Below, piece by piece: positions 39,779-51,475 of a DNA stretch of 62,258 nucleotides. This stretch comes from Octopus sinensis. Lineage: Eukaryota. The stretch is taken from contig NW_021834894.1 in assembly GCF_006345805.1 (NCBI RefSeq), positions 1-62,258 of the forward strand. The letters run 5' to 3'. Positions within the stretch are counted from its first letter, which is position 1. The number at the start of each line of letters is the position of its first letter. The notes beneath the pieces were generated by a model. The model was not told where the DNA came from. It saw only the letters and a program-made list of their open reading frames with translations, and made no database searches. A program made the position numbers and the translations under genes.

Positions 39779-40194
39779 TACGTAACGTTGGCCTCAATCT
39801 TGCTCGCTGAAGGCCTTCCGCTCCTGGGTTTCGCCTTTCACGTCCTCACATCACTTTTTAAACCTTTTGTTCCACTCGAAAAAAAGTGGGGAGGGGGGCG
39901 GTATCGTCTTCTTTTTGTTCACTTGCTGCAAATGTCCGAGTGCTTACGAAAGAGTTTTCCCCAAGCAGACCAGAGACTTCAGGCTGGTACATTGTTCTGT
40001 ACCCATTGCAAGACGGTTTAAAATAGAGGAGCTTTTAATAAAAGCACGTGAAAAAAAAATACAATGGCTGCAGAAAGCTGAAATCGCACTTACATACTCC
40101 CCAGATATTTCGTCACATGGTGACACAACCCACCAATAGCTCACAAAACACACTCGATCGTATTACAGTTCTGATACATCTCGTACGTCCAGTA

Positions 40195-40400
40195 CTATTT
40201 AAGGTATTGTTTTCAGTCGACTTTGTTTGTTTGTCCGTGGACAAGATATTTTAAGAACCGCTGGATAGATTCTGATGAAACTTTCAGAGATGTTTGCCCT
40301 TCTGTTTGGCACGAACTGATTAGAATTTGTCCCTTATCGGACAAAATCTGAATTATCTTTACCGATTTTTTTTACTTAATTTTTGAGAGCAATCGGTTTC
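40195..40400 (+). mobile_element. Possible Helitron/Helentron-associated non-autonomous fragment
   Basis: AGGTATTGTTTTCAGTCGACTTTGTTTGTTTGTCCGTGG...ACCGCTGGATAGATTCTGATGAAACTTT resembles DINE/HINE-like repeats from memory; termini not identified. Confidence 0.4.
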
Positions 40401-40760
40401 ATTTTTAGTATTCTCGTTTGTGAGAATACTATCGTTGAGAGGTCGTTGGTGTTGCTTTGGCAGTTGTTTGCGCTCTTTGAGTGCTCTTGTATTTATGATA
40501 TAATTATTCTTTTATTCTTTTGTTTCATTCACTTGACTGAATCCGGAACCATGTGGTTGGTAAGCAAGCTTCTTACCACACAGCCACTCCTGCGCCTCAT
40601 CGTTATTTTTCACATCGTGTTTAGCCACCATCCTTACGATCATAATATTTTTCATAATATTAAATGCAGTGTATTTATATATTTGTTAGTATAGACACAG
40701 TGTTGTAAGAAATAATGATGATGATATTTATTTTGTTATACAATGAAATTTAACAAACTT

Positions 40761-40791
40761 CCTAATTTCTTTCCCTTTTCTGTTTTTCCAG
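40761..40791 (+). promoter_or_regulatory. Splice acceptor for the mannosidase exon: branch point, polypyrimidine tract, CAG
   Basis: CTAAT at 40762-40766, then TTCTTTCCCTTTTCTGTTTTTC, then CAG at 40789-40791. Confidence 0.75.
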
Positions 40792-40902
40792 ATTACGCAC
40801 ACTAAAGCAAGGCTGGCGTCGCTTACCACAGATTGCGAGTATTCGGACAGTTTGTCCAGCCCGACCTCATCGCCACCATCGACAGTCGGCAGCGCATCAG
40901 CA

Positions 40903-43900
40903 ATGAAAAATACCACAATCAACTTGACCACTGGTCGAATCACAGGAAGGATGAAGTTTAATCAACGCCTCTTCATTCTTTTTGGAGCTACTTTCTTCTC
41001 ATTTGCATTTTTTCTCTTATTCGACCAGAGCATGCCCTGGCCACAACAACAAATCAGCCGGACTCGTCTGTTGGCCATTAAGCTCTGGCCAAACCAGTTG
41101 GACTGGCAGCCGCCACGACATCACCACCACGCATGCTCATGGAGCACGACACCGTCCATTGACAGGATTGTCACAGCGAACTTTTCCACATTTGATATGA
41201 TACCCAAACTTGTTTATGATGTCATGGCTGACGGTTCATATCCGCTCCCAAATCCTAACAAAGCTTTAGATTTATTATCTTTAACATCATCATCACTATC
41301 ATCATCTTTCTCATCGTCATCATTATCAAAGTCTTTATCATTATCATCCTCATCATCATTATCAAACTCCTTAGTGTTATTAGATTCTTCTCTTTCATCC
41401 TCGCCATCGTTATCATTATCACCAACATCATCATTAAAGTCTGCTTCATTGTTATCATCATCTAACAATGCTGAACTTGTTGTTGTTGATGGTGATGATG
41501 CTGGTGACGACGATGATGATGATGACGATTCTCATCATAGTAACGTAGATGGTGATGGCCCTGGCGGAGGTGGTGGTGGTGGTGTTGCTGTTAGCCACAG
41601 TAGAGATAGTATAAGTAGTAGTAGTAGTAGCAGCAGCAGTAAAGTCAGTGAGGACGGTCTTACTGTTATTGTTGTCCCTCATTCACATAATGACCCAGGA
41701 TGGCTGAAAACAGTGGATGAGTACTACTCAGATCAGACAAAGCACATACTGGACAACATGGTGCAGAAACTGACCACGTACCCTAACATGACATTTGTGT
41801 GGAGTGAAACAATTTACTTAGCCATGTGGTGGAATGATCAAGAAGATGCAATCAAAGCACAGGTTCGTAGACTGATACGTCGGGGTCAGTTAGAGATTGT
41901 GCTGGGTGGCTGGGTGATGCCAGATGAGGCTACCACTCATTATTATGCAATAGTTGACCAGTTGATAGAAGGCCACCGATGGGTGATGGATAACTTGCAT
42001 GTGATCCCTGAAAATAGCTGGTCAATCGATGCTTTTGGACATTCTGGCACAATGCCTTATTTACTGAAGGAAGCTGGTCTGAAAAACATGGTTATACAGA
42101 GGATTCATGGTGCTGTAAAAGGTTATTTAGCCAAACGTAAAAGCCTTGAATTCAACTGGCGCCAATACTGGGATCCTAAAGGCACAAAAGATATGATGTG
42201 TCACACAATGCCATACATGTTATATAGCATTAAATATACCTGTGGTCCAGATAAGTTCTTCTGCCTGCTTTATGATTTCCGCAACATTCCTGGTGAAAGA
42301 CGCGAAGGTAAGAGTCGTGAAATAACCATGAAGAATATTGAAATTCAGGCAGAGTACCTTTATAAAGAGTACATGAAAAAGAATTTCCTTTATAAGTACA
42401 ACGTCATCCTTGTGCCCCTTGGTGATGATTTCAGATATGACAAAGAATTAGAATGGGATCAGCAATATCAAAACTACATGATGCTGTTTCATTATATGAA
42501 TTCCAGGAGAGACTGGAACATAAAACTTCGTTTTGGAACCCTCAAAGATTATTTCGATATTGTCCGTAAACGCCAACTTGTATATCCAAATTACTTTGGT
42601 GATGATAGTTTAAAGTTGCCCTCTCTTAGCGGTGATTTCTTCCCTTATTCGGATAAAAACTATGACTATTGGACTGGATTCTATACAACACGGCCTTTTG
42701 ACAAAAGATTTAGTCGAAATCTTGAAAGTTATCTGCGAGCAGCTGATATCTTATACTTCTTAGCCTGTTCTTATTCCAGCATCTGGGACGTTCCATATGA
42801 GAAATCTTTCGAGGCTGCTGGTATGTTGAAAAGAGCACGTAGATACCTCGGTTTATTTCAGCATCATGATGCTATTACAGGAACTGCCAAAGATAATGTT
42901 GTATTAGATTATGAAGAAAAACTGGCTATTTCTTATAACCTTACACAAACTGTTATTGGTGACGCTTTGGAAATACTTTTGTATCGCTCCAAGAATGGAC
43001 CCAGTAAGTTTGTGACACCAGAAACCGTTCGCATATCTCCGACGACTTCTCCACAAAAGCAGATTTTGCGAGTTGACAAAGCCGGTTTGCGACTGATACT
43101 TTTCAACCAATTGTTGCAACAGCGTCAGGATATTGTGACAGTGCTTGTTACTACAAACAATATCGAAGTTTTAGATGAAAACAAAAACTCAATACCATGT
43201 CAGATAAATCCCTATTGGACAGACCATACAACAGTTTCCAAAAGCGTGTTTGAATTAGTATTTTTAGCTAATATGGCACCATTAGCTTCAACTGTCTACA
43301 CACTTCAAATACCTTTGGAAGAACAAAAAAATACATATCTTGCTCGAATTGGTGCCATAAATCACGAACACTTAGTAATACCATCTACAAGTGGTTTTGT
43401 CAAGGAAAAACCCTGGATTAGTAGTAATTCTGAATCAATAGTTTTGGAAAACAGTATCATAAAAGCTACATTTTCTGGCAATCGAGGTCTTTTACAAGAA
43501 GTCGTTGATAAAACCACTGGAAATTCTACTCAGATAAAACTGGATTTCCTTGCTTATCTCTCTCAGGGTAGTGGAGCATATTTATTCTTACCAAATGGTC
43601 GGGCACGCTCTATCACAAATAACAAGCATATCGTACGCGTTGTTCGTGGTCCATTAGTATCTGAAGTACACGTACTTCACAAATATATATTGCATCGTAT
43701 CAAGTTGTATGATGTGCCTGGACTTCAGAGACATGCTTTGCATATTGAAAATACAGTGAATATTAAAAGTTTCCGTGATCGGGAAGTAATCATGCGTCTT
43801 CAGACTGATATTAAAAATCCCAATCAAACGTTTTTCACTGACCAGAACGGCTTTCAGATGATTGGCCGCAGAAATCAACCTCGGTTGCATGTGGAAGCCA

Positions 43901-44820
43901 ACTATTATCCAGTAACAACCATGGTCATGCTAGAAGATGACCTACGACGACTGAGTCTTCATGTTGACCATTCACATGGCGTGGCATGTTTGGAAACAGG
44001 TATGGTTGAAGTCATGCTTGACCGACAGCTCAGCTATGATGATGAACGTGGCCTTGGTCAAGGGGTTGAGGATATAAAATCCGTGATTTCAAAGTTTGTT
44101 CTTCATCTTGAACCACGATACAAAGGCAAGCAGTTTACATCTAATGATGATGATACAGTTAACAATAGGCATAATGTCAAAGAAGATACCCTTCAGTTTG
44201 ACTCGGATGCAGCCCAGAGACATGAAGCAGCACAAAATATCAATGTGGATAGAAATAGAGATGGAATTTCCAAAACTTTAGTTCGAAATTCTGATTCTGA
44301 TGGTAACGCTCAAAATATAAAAATGAATTTACCAATTTCGGACAGTTTTGCATCCTACACTGACTCGCAAAAATCTAGTACACACACGCAAGAGCTCCGT
44401 TTTACATACCCTTCGCTTTTAGGCATTTATTTGAATTATTACCTGCAGCATCCCTTGATAACATATTTCACTAACATGCCCTCAGAAAAGCTTGCCCCCA
44501 CTTTCTTGCCCATTGACGGCCAGATTCCTTGTGACATTAACATTCTGTCTTTGCGGGTCCTAGTTAATTCCGATCTTGTTCAGAACGGCTCTAGCTTGAT
44601 ACTGAATCGTGAAGGGTTCAGCTGTGAATTCCCTACATCAGAACCGGTCTGCAGTTCTAATTGGGGTCAGTTCCCTGTTAATGCCATGTTTGGGAAAATA
44701 CCTTTGAAATCTTTCCGGCGAACTTCGTTGTCACATTTGTATGACCTTGAAACTCTCAGCCCAAATTCTGTCTTAAAACTTGCTCACATGGAAGTTTCCT
44801 CGTACATCTTAAAGACATAA
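40903..44820 (+). CDS. MAN2A: Golgi alpha-mannosidase II-like (GH38, type II membrane protein), 1305 aa from the first ATG, no introns in the coding region
   Basis: N-terminal TM segment LFILFGATFFSFAFFLLF; Zn-binding VVPHSHNDPGWLKT (H at 41680); nucleophile motif WSIDAFGH (D at 42028); acid/base LGDDFRY (42421); FQHHDAITGT (42859); C-terminal NYYPVTT, GMVEVMLDR and DDERGLGQG. The track's 40852 start is TTG; the first ATG is 40903 and an alternative is 40951. MAN2A1 versus MAN2A2 cannot be resolved. Confidence 0.96.
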   Translation: MKNTTINLTTGRITGRMKFNQRLFILFGATFFSFAFFLLFDQSMPWPQQQISRTRLLAIKLWPNQLDWQPPRHHHHACSWSTTPSIDRIVTANFSTFDMIPKLVYDVMADGSYPLPNPNKALDLLSLTSSSLSSSFSSSSLSKSLSLSSSSSLSNSLVLLDSSLSSSPSLSLSPTSSLKSASLLSSSNNAELVVVDGDDAGDDDDDDDDSHHSNVDGDGPGGGGGGGVAVSHSRDSISSSSSSSSSKVSEDGLTVIVVPHSHNDPGWLKTVDEYYSDQTKHILDNMVQKLTTYPNMTFVWSETIYLAMWWNDQEDAIKAQVRRLIRRGQLEIVLGGWVMPDEATTHYYAIVDQLIEGHRWVMDNLHVIPENSWSIDAFGHSGTMPYLLKEAGLKNMVIQRIHGAVKGYLAKRKSLEFNWRQYWDPKGTKDMMCHTMPYMLYSIKYTCGPDKFFCLLYDFRNIPGERREGKSREITMKNIEIQAEYLYKEYMKKNFLYKYNVILVPLGDDFRYDKELEWDQQYQNYMMLFHYMNSRRDWNIKLRFGTLKDYFDIVRKRQLVYPNYFGDDSLKLPSLSGDFFPYSDKNYDYWTGFYTTRPFDKRFSRNLESYLRAADILYFLACSYSSIWDVPYEKSFEAAGMLKRARRYLGLFQHHDAITGTAKDNVVLDYEEKLAISYNLTQTVIGDALEILLYRSKNGPSKFVTPETVRISPTTSPQKQILRVDKAGLRLILFNQLLQQRQDIVTVLVTTNNIEVLDENKNSIPCQINPYWTDHTTVSKSVFELVFLANMAPLASTVYTLQIPLEEQKNTYLARIGAINHEHLVIPSTSGFVKEKPWISSNSESIVLENSIIKATFSGNRGLLQEVVDKTTGNSTQIKLDFLAYLSQGSGAYLFLPNGRARSITNNKHIVRVVRGPLVSEVHVLHKYILHRIKLYDVPGLQRHALHIENTVNIKSFRDREVIMRLQTDIKNPNQTFFTDQNGFQMIGRRNQPRLHVEANYYPVTTMVMLEDDLRRLSLHVDHSHGVACLETGMVEVMLDRQLSYDDERGLGQGVEDIKSVISKFVLHLEPRYKGKQFTSNDDDTVNNRHNVKEDTLQFDSDAAQRHEAAQNINVDRNRDGISKTLVRNSDSDGNAQNIKMNLPISDSFASYTDSQKSSTHTQELRFTYPSLLGIYLNYYLQHPLITYFTNMPSEKLAPTFLPIDGQIPCDINILSLRVLVNSDLVQNGSSLILNREGFSCEFPTSEPVCSSNWGQFPVNAMFGKIPLKSFRRTSLSHLYDLETLSPNSVLKLAHMEVSSYILKT

Positions 44821-45089
44821 AATAAATTGGTGTGTGTGGATATGTATATATATATATATAAATATATATATATATAATATAAAGTGTGTATATGTGTAAA
44901 ATAAGCACAGAGAAAACGAAAAAGAGAAGGAGGGTGTTGGCAGATGGTCGCAAATCTTAAATATAACAGAATGTGGCTGAAATATCTGCAAGAGATGTGA
45001 TGAATATTTTTTAATGCATTGTTTTTTTCCCCTCGCGTCAGTTCAGATGTCAAACGACATAGGTACATAAGAAAAACCAGGAAGAAACC

Positions 45090-45125
<36 letters not shown>

Positions 45126-46146
45126 GATGAAGCTATGGCATAGAGATTTGCTTTGATATATCGTAGAATGAAAAGAAAAAAATGTACTTATATATATATA
45201 TGTATATATATATATATAATTTTAAAATATGAGACACAAGTGTACTATTTAAGCGTCGTTGAGAAGAGGAAAGTGAAAGTGGTATGGGGAGCGGTCTTTG
45301 AGTAATATTTGTAATAACCAGAATTTCTGTCAAAAACATTTGTCACAGGAAAAACAAAAAGAAAAATCAATTTGACGATGCAATTGTCTGTTTTATTTAT
45401 TTTTTTAATATATCAATTTTTTTTTAAAAACGTAATGAGTTATTAATTAATTAATTGCTGTTAATTAAATTGACTGCAGAAGACTATGTAATAAAGTGAA
45501 GAGAAAAATAATTTCATGAAACAGGCATGTCTGTCGAAGAATTGCTGCATACAAACCCACGCACACACTAACAAAACCTCGCCCCCAACTGACACCCACT
45601 CACAAACTACACACATACACACACTCCACTAACACACCCCCTATCTTTACACATCCAAATATATTTTAGTAGATCTTGAAACATCTTGAATCTTACGTCT
45701 GATTTTCACATTGTCAATGATTAAATAGCATTGACTGACATAATTGGTAAAGTGGAACTCTGAGTAACAATTCAAGACGTTTCACTTTCTATAAATATTT
45801 ATATACTTTTGTCTGCGTATTGGTTCTTCGTTTCAGAGTTCGTCAACATAATTGTTTACCAATCCAATATATATATATAATATATATATATATAATATAT
45901 ATATATAATTGTTTACGTCATAAGAATATAGAAACTTCGAGAGACGTAGAATAATTCGTTTTTAACGTTGGAGCTCGAAGTATATAATGGTATAACTATC
46001 ATGTAAATATTGGGTTAAAAATACTTATCGCTAGAAAAATATCGAATGTTTTTTTTTAAACCAATATCTACACCTTGTCATGTGTAGCTTTATCTACTTT
46101 GAGTTTCACCGTTAAAAAACACTATATATATGTACGTGCGTTGATA

Positions 46147-46202
<56 letters not shown>

Positions 46203-47143
46203 GTGTGTGTGAATGTAATCTTCAGTTGGCTGAGGTGACGTTGGAAAAAAAGGAAGGATATTGTTTATGTTTGGGAGATCTGTCTCTGCCTAGGGCGGTG
46301 CAGTATTTGTGTTTGTATGCGTGTGAGAGAGATAAACGAACACACAATAGAAGTGAAATAATGAAAGAGAGAATGTGTTTGTGCGTGTGAAAATCTATGA
46401 GCCTGTGGTTCAGACTGGTATGTATTCAGTGCGAGAAGTAGTGTGCGTGTATTTGTGTCTGTGTGTGTGTGTGTATAGATAATTTAACTTTGTAATTTTG
46501 AATGTAAAATAAGGTCTTGAGTTATCAATCATATTTTCTGGATTTTATTAAGAGATGGAAAAAAAATCGAAAAAAAATGCATGTAGATTATTATGGGCAG
46601 AACCAGAATATATGTCAGCATGTGTGTGTGCGTGGGTATATGTGCATGCATGTTTATATATGATTTTAAATGTATATGCTTTTATATGTATATATATTGT
46701 GTACGTATATGCACGTACATATGCGTGTGTATATAAAGATATATAATTATATATATAATAATGTGTACATATGTAAATATATATATATGTATGTATGCTT
46801 GCGTTGACTGGCTGTGCGTGAGTGTATAATGTAAGAATACTGCCCATTACTAGAAATTTATAATATCGGATGTCATTTATGGAGAACAATGAAGACAGTA
46901 ACACTATGTTTAATAATAATAATGATATTAGGGATATTAATATTTTTTAATGTTGATAAAAGCAACAAAAATACAATAAACCTTTATATAAAAGGTGACA
47001 AAATCAATTATACGATTTGAAATATAAAATAAAAAAACGAAAATGTTACACAACCAAAACATTGATTGCTTGAGGTATATATACAAAAAAAATCTGGTAA
47101 TATAAATAGCATTGACAGCAAACTCTTTATATAATATGTATGC

Positions 47144-47186
<43 letters not shown>

Positions 47187-48825
47187 CATACATACACTCT
47201 TGACATTTATGAAAATACTGATGTTATCTATCAAAAGAACAGGATGTGAACAAACACGCATGTATACATTGATACAGAATGCATACACATACCCAAAATG
47301 TTATGTTACTCATGAGTTAAAAAAAGCAAACTATGATTATAGTTTTTAAAAAAATAATGTTGGTGAGACGTTTTTTTTTATAATTAAAGACATAAAAAAT
47401 TATAAGAAAATTAAAAATAATAATAATAATGTATTGTGTGGACATTTTTATTTTTGTCTCTTTTTCTTTACACTTGGAAAAGCGTGCTTGATATTTTGCT
47501 GCAGATCAACCATGTTTGTACAATCACACTGTAGTTATTTCATATATCTTTATTCTATTCATACAAATTTCAGATCATTTCTGACAAAGTTCTCGTTTTG
47601 CATAACCATTATTGTTATAGCTGATTTGTTAATAAAGCATCCTCAGGGTAAAAGCTTGGCAGAAATTATAATGAAACGTGTTCAGATATTATGATGAAAC
47701 GTCTTCAGGGGAAAGTCGTAGAACAAATGTTACCGATACAGCTTCTCATGAATGTTTTTCTACGACATTGAAAATTTACATGATCAGAGGATTCTTTTAA
47801 ACGCTATCTTATCTATCTCTCGCTTTCCTCCCTCTCCATATCTCTCTCTGCAGAGTTAATTACAAAACGCTTTCTTCCTAAAGACGTTTCGTTATAAATT
47901 TAACTTTAGTCATCCTGATTACAGGAGTATAGCAATCCAAATCAGTTTATGAATTTGTCGTGTGTAAATAATATGCGGAAGGAAACATTTGGTAAGTACG
48001 TTTGATTCTAGTTAATATTTTGTGTATTCATTCCAGAGAAATATTTTGTGTATTTAATATGTCCGTAACATAAGAGAATATCACGCACACGCTTGTATGA
48101 CAGAGATCTATTTGGAAAGATATATCTATACATGATAGTGCATATAAAAATGTGTGACTGCGCATTTTTATATTTCACACACACACACACATATGTATAT
48201 ATTAGCACCGACCTGATGGAAGGAAGCTTGTAGTGTAGGCGCTCTTCACTGTTTCCAGCTTATCAAACACACGTGTAATCTGGCTATCTGTATAGTATCA
48301 TTTACTAACTCTGGCTGAGTAGCAATGTTACCATGAATTGTAGATGATGAAATTTCCCTCAAAACTTACATATAATTTACATTTAAAGGGAACTACACTG
48401 CCAAGTATTTGAATAACTAATAGTGCCGAGAAATGTAATAGAGAAGCGGACTTATTACTTTACAGTACTTTGTTATGCTGTTTTTTCCCCAGGATCCCGG
48501 AGTGCAGGGACTTACACTTGCGTACATACAATCATACGTATATACAGGTGTATTTTTGTGAGCACCTCTCTATAAATAGCAGCCAAAACAGCATGCCCAT
48601 TTTCACTTCATATAATTCATTCGGAGCAAGCCCTGACAGTCATATTTGTAAGAGAAATAAAGACTTCTTGATTAATTCAATCAGGATTGGAAGTTTAAGT
48701 CGAAGAATAACGAACAAAGCACGGAGAATATACACATTCAGTTTCATTTTCTTTTAAGACCTTAAAATTTATGCACGCTAACATAGTCATACATAGTACA
48801 TTTATGTGTAAGTGTATATATATAC

Positions 48826-48870
<45 letters not shown>

Positions 48871-49145
48871 TATATATATATGTAGAGAGAGAGAGAGATG
48901 ACCAAGAGCAGAGCATTCCATGCCGCTTTTCATTCCTCCCCCCGCTGAATGATGTCACTCCAATCATTTCCTTTTCATCTCATTTACACCTGATTTTCCA
49001 GCGCCTCCTGTCCACACACCACTCTCTTGTAGAGTATATTTAGCGCATTAATCCTGAATACATTTAGAATTTTTATGAAGTAGCATGCTTGAACCGAATT
49101 ATTAACTCTGTAAGCTGTTCTCCCATATCTATCTATCAGTATTAT

Positions 49146-49197
<52 letters not shown>

Positions 49198-49636
49198 AAT
49201 TTATAATACGAGAAGATAGAACAAACAGAATTTAGTCCAAATCACAATTGTTTCTGCATATTAGCATTAACTGTTACTTGCTGAGTGTATTACATATTAG
49301 TTGTTGCTAATGAAAAGAAACAATTGCTGTGCTTTCGATGAAAGCCTGTTGATTCTATCTTCTTGTATTATATATATATTATTTTATTCTTTTGCTTGCT
49401 TCAGTCATTTGACTGCAGCCATACTGGAGCACCATCATATGTATTCTTTTTGGTATAAAGTCTTCGTGTGTAGCCAGTAAAAGGCATATCCTTGCTGTAT
49501 AATAGCGTATTGTAACCGATAATCATAGAGGAGCTTTCTAATACACACTGTAAGGTTATTAACCAGTTGATATTAAATATGGATCATATATAATATATAT
49601 ACTGAGAAACAGACAGAGATGACGAACATTTTTATA

Positions 49637-50198
49637 TTGGGTTGTCCGGAAAGTTTGGGCCGATTTATAGTAGCTTATCTTTCGACTTATTTTAGGACAT
49701 GGTTGAGTCCATAAAATAGGATTTGACTACACCACCATTTAGAGCACAGTTTAAGCTATCTTTTCGTGAAAGAAGGTTTATGTTCCTATAACGTGTTAAT
49801 TCTGTAACCCTTTAAAATGGAAGATAAGAAAGTTCATTTCGGCACTTGATGCTTTGGGAACCAGACAAAAATTGCTGCAGCTCGGCTGGGATGTGATACC
49901 CCTCCTTCCATATTCACCAGATATACCTCCTTCGGATTTCCACTTATTCAGGTCTGTGCAGAATAGTCTTAATTGTAAAAATTTCAATTCCTTGAATGAC
50001 GTAAAAAGATACCTTGATGAATTCTTTGCCATAAAACCACCTCAATTCTGGGAGAGGGTATTTTCAAGTTAAAGGAAAGGTGGAGACGCATTATGCAACA
50101 AAATGTTTCATATTTGGTTGATTAAAAATGTAATGGCAAGTATTTAATGACCTTTTTCTTTCCTTTATAAATCGGCACGAACTTTCCGGACAATCTAA
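49637..50198 (+). mobile_element. 562-bp internally deleted mariner (mellifera-like by motif style)
   Basis: 33-bp TIRs TT(G/A)G(G/A)TTGTCCGGAAAGTT(T/C)G(G/T)GCCGATTTATA, TA on both sides. N-terminus MEDKKVHF(R)HLMLWE (ATG 49817) joined near 49859 to TRQKLLQLGWDV..PYSPDIPPSDFHLFRSVQNSL. Confidence 0.92.
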
Positions 50199-51475
50199 TA
50201 AAAGTTTGTTCCCTACAATTCATCTGATTTTTTTGAACCTCTGTATTGGATATTCCAGGTGCAATTAGATGCTTAATCTCAGCGGATTATCTCACAGCTT
50301 TGAGATTTCAATGATGCTTTAGATGAAAGATAAAAATATACGATATATATTTAGGTGTATATTTATATACATCTATAGCTACATAGATGTAGATACCTGC
50401 ACACAGATGCGGACTCAAGCACATGCACGCCCTTATGTGTATGCATTTGGAAGCGCACGCAGTCAATTTCTTCACCTTTCACTGGAACTTGTGGCGTCGT
50501 TTCTGTTTCAACATTGTTGTTGTTGTTATATAAGGTGGCGAACTGGTAGAATCATGAGCACGCCGGACAAAATGCTTAGCTGCATTTTGTTTGTCATCAA
50601 ATTCTCAATTCAAATTCTGTTGAGGTCATCTTTGACATTTGTAATTTCGGAGTTGATAAAATAAATACCAGTTGAATACTGAGGTCGAAGTGATCGACTT
50701 ACCCCACCCACGACCCGAAATTGCTGGCCTTGTGCCAAAATTAGAAATCATTATTATATGAAAACTCAAGGAATATCTACATATTTTATGTCTATGGTTG
50801 TCTCTGACCAGCGCTTGAAAACCAGGTGGTGGTGTGTTTAATTCCCTGTAACTTAGCAGTTCGACAAAAGAGTCATATAGAATAAATACTACGCTTTAAA
50901 ATAAAAGTACTGGTATTGATTCGTTCCTCTATAATTCTCCAAGGCTGTGCCTCAGCATGGCCGCAGTCTAATGACTAAAACAAGTAAAAGATAGAAAGAT
51001 AATTCAGAATTTAAATTCCTGTGAATCATGAGGTTTAATAGTGAAGAACTTATTACTTGGAAAATGCCAGAAGTTTTTAGTTCTTGCTTAGATTTAGATC
51101 AGAATTTGTCGAGCAAGAAAACTTAAGAAGCAAGACATTTACATCGACGAGCCGCTCGTATATTTCGTGGCCTGTAGGATAGGATTACTTTATCTAATGT
51201 GCATTTAAGGAAAGTAATATCTCCACCCATCAGAACCCTACTAGTCGTGAAGGTTTCTCATGGTCAGTTGTAGCGATGTTTGTAGAATGAAGTAAATTTC
51301 TGGTCGAATCAATTGGAAACAGGACGTAGATGCTGCTTTAAGTGAGGTGGATGCTGAAAATGAGAGACACAGTAATTCGCTTTTGTCATTGTAGGGCAGC
51401 CCTTACTGAGCAGGGTACTTGTGCAAAACATCGTCTTTTTACCGTCCTATCGTTTAAAAATTTCCCCTTCAAGTA

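Larger units (their letters stand above)
38112..40183 (-). mobile_element. Old, internally deleted mariner (~777 bp after removing the nested element)
   Basis: TIRs CGAGGTGTATCAGAA (38112-38126) / TTCTGATACATCTCG (40169-40183), 14/15 match, with TA at 40184-40185. Transposase remnants MGTEQCTSLKSLVCLGKTLS (ATG 40006), FEWNKRFK...PRSGRPS, RSDSRLTARL, LLHHDNTPAY...EQPSYSPDQTPLDF and RRMRKCVRLEG. Confidence 0.85.

Noticed and set aside
40852-40902. Track start of the 1322-aa ORF
   Set aside because: The codon at 40852 is TTG; the first ATG is 40903. An N-terminal extension would need an upstream exon.
41214-41682. Antisense D/N/M-rich ORFs
   Set aside because: Mirror images of the Ser-rich (TCA)n stem of the mannosidase.
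44821-44826. AATAAA immediately after the mannosidase stop codon as the poly(A) signal
   Set aside because: AATAAA is frequent by chance in this AT-rich DNA; cannot be supported without 3'-end data.
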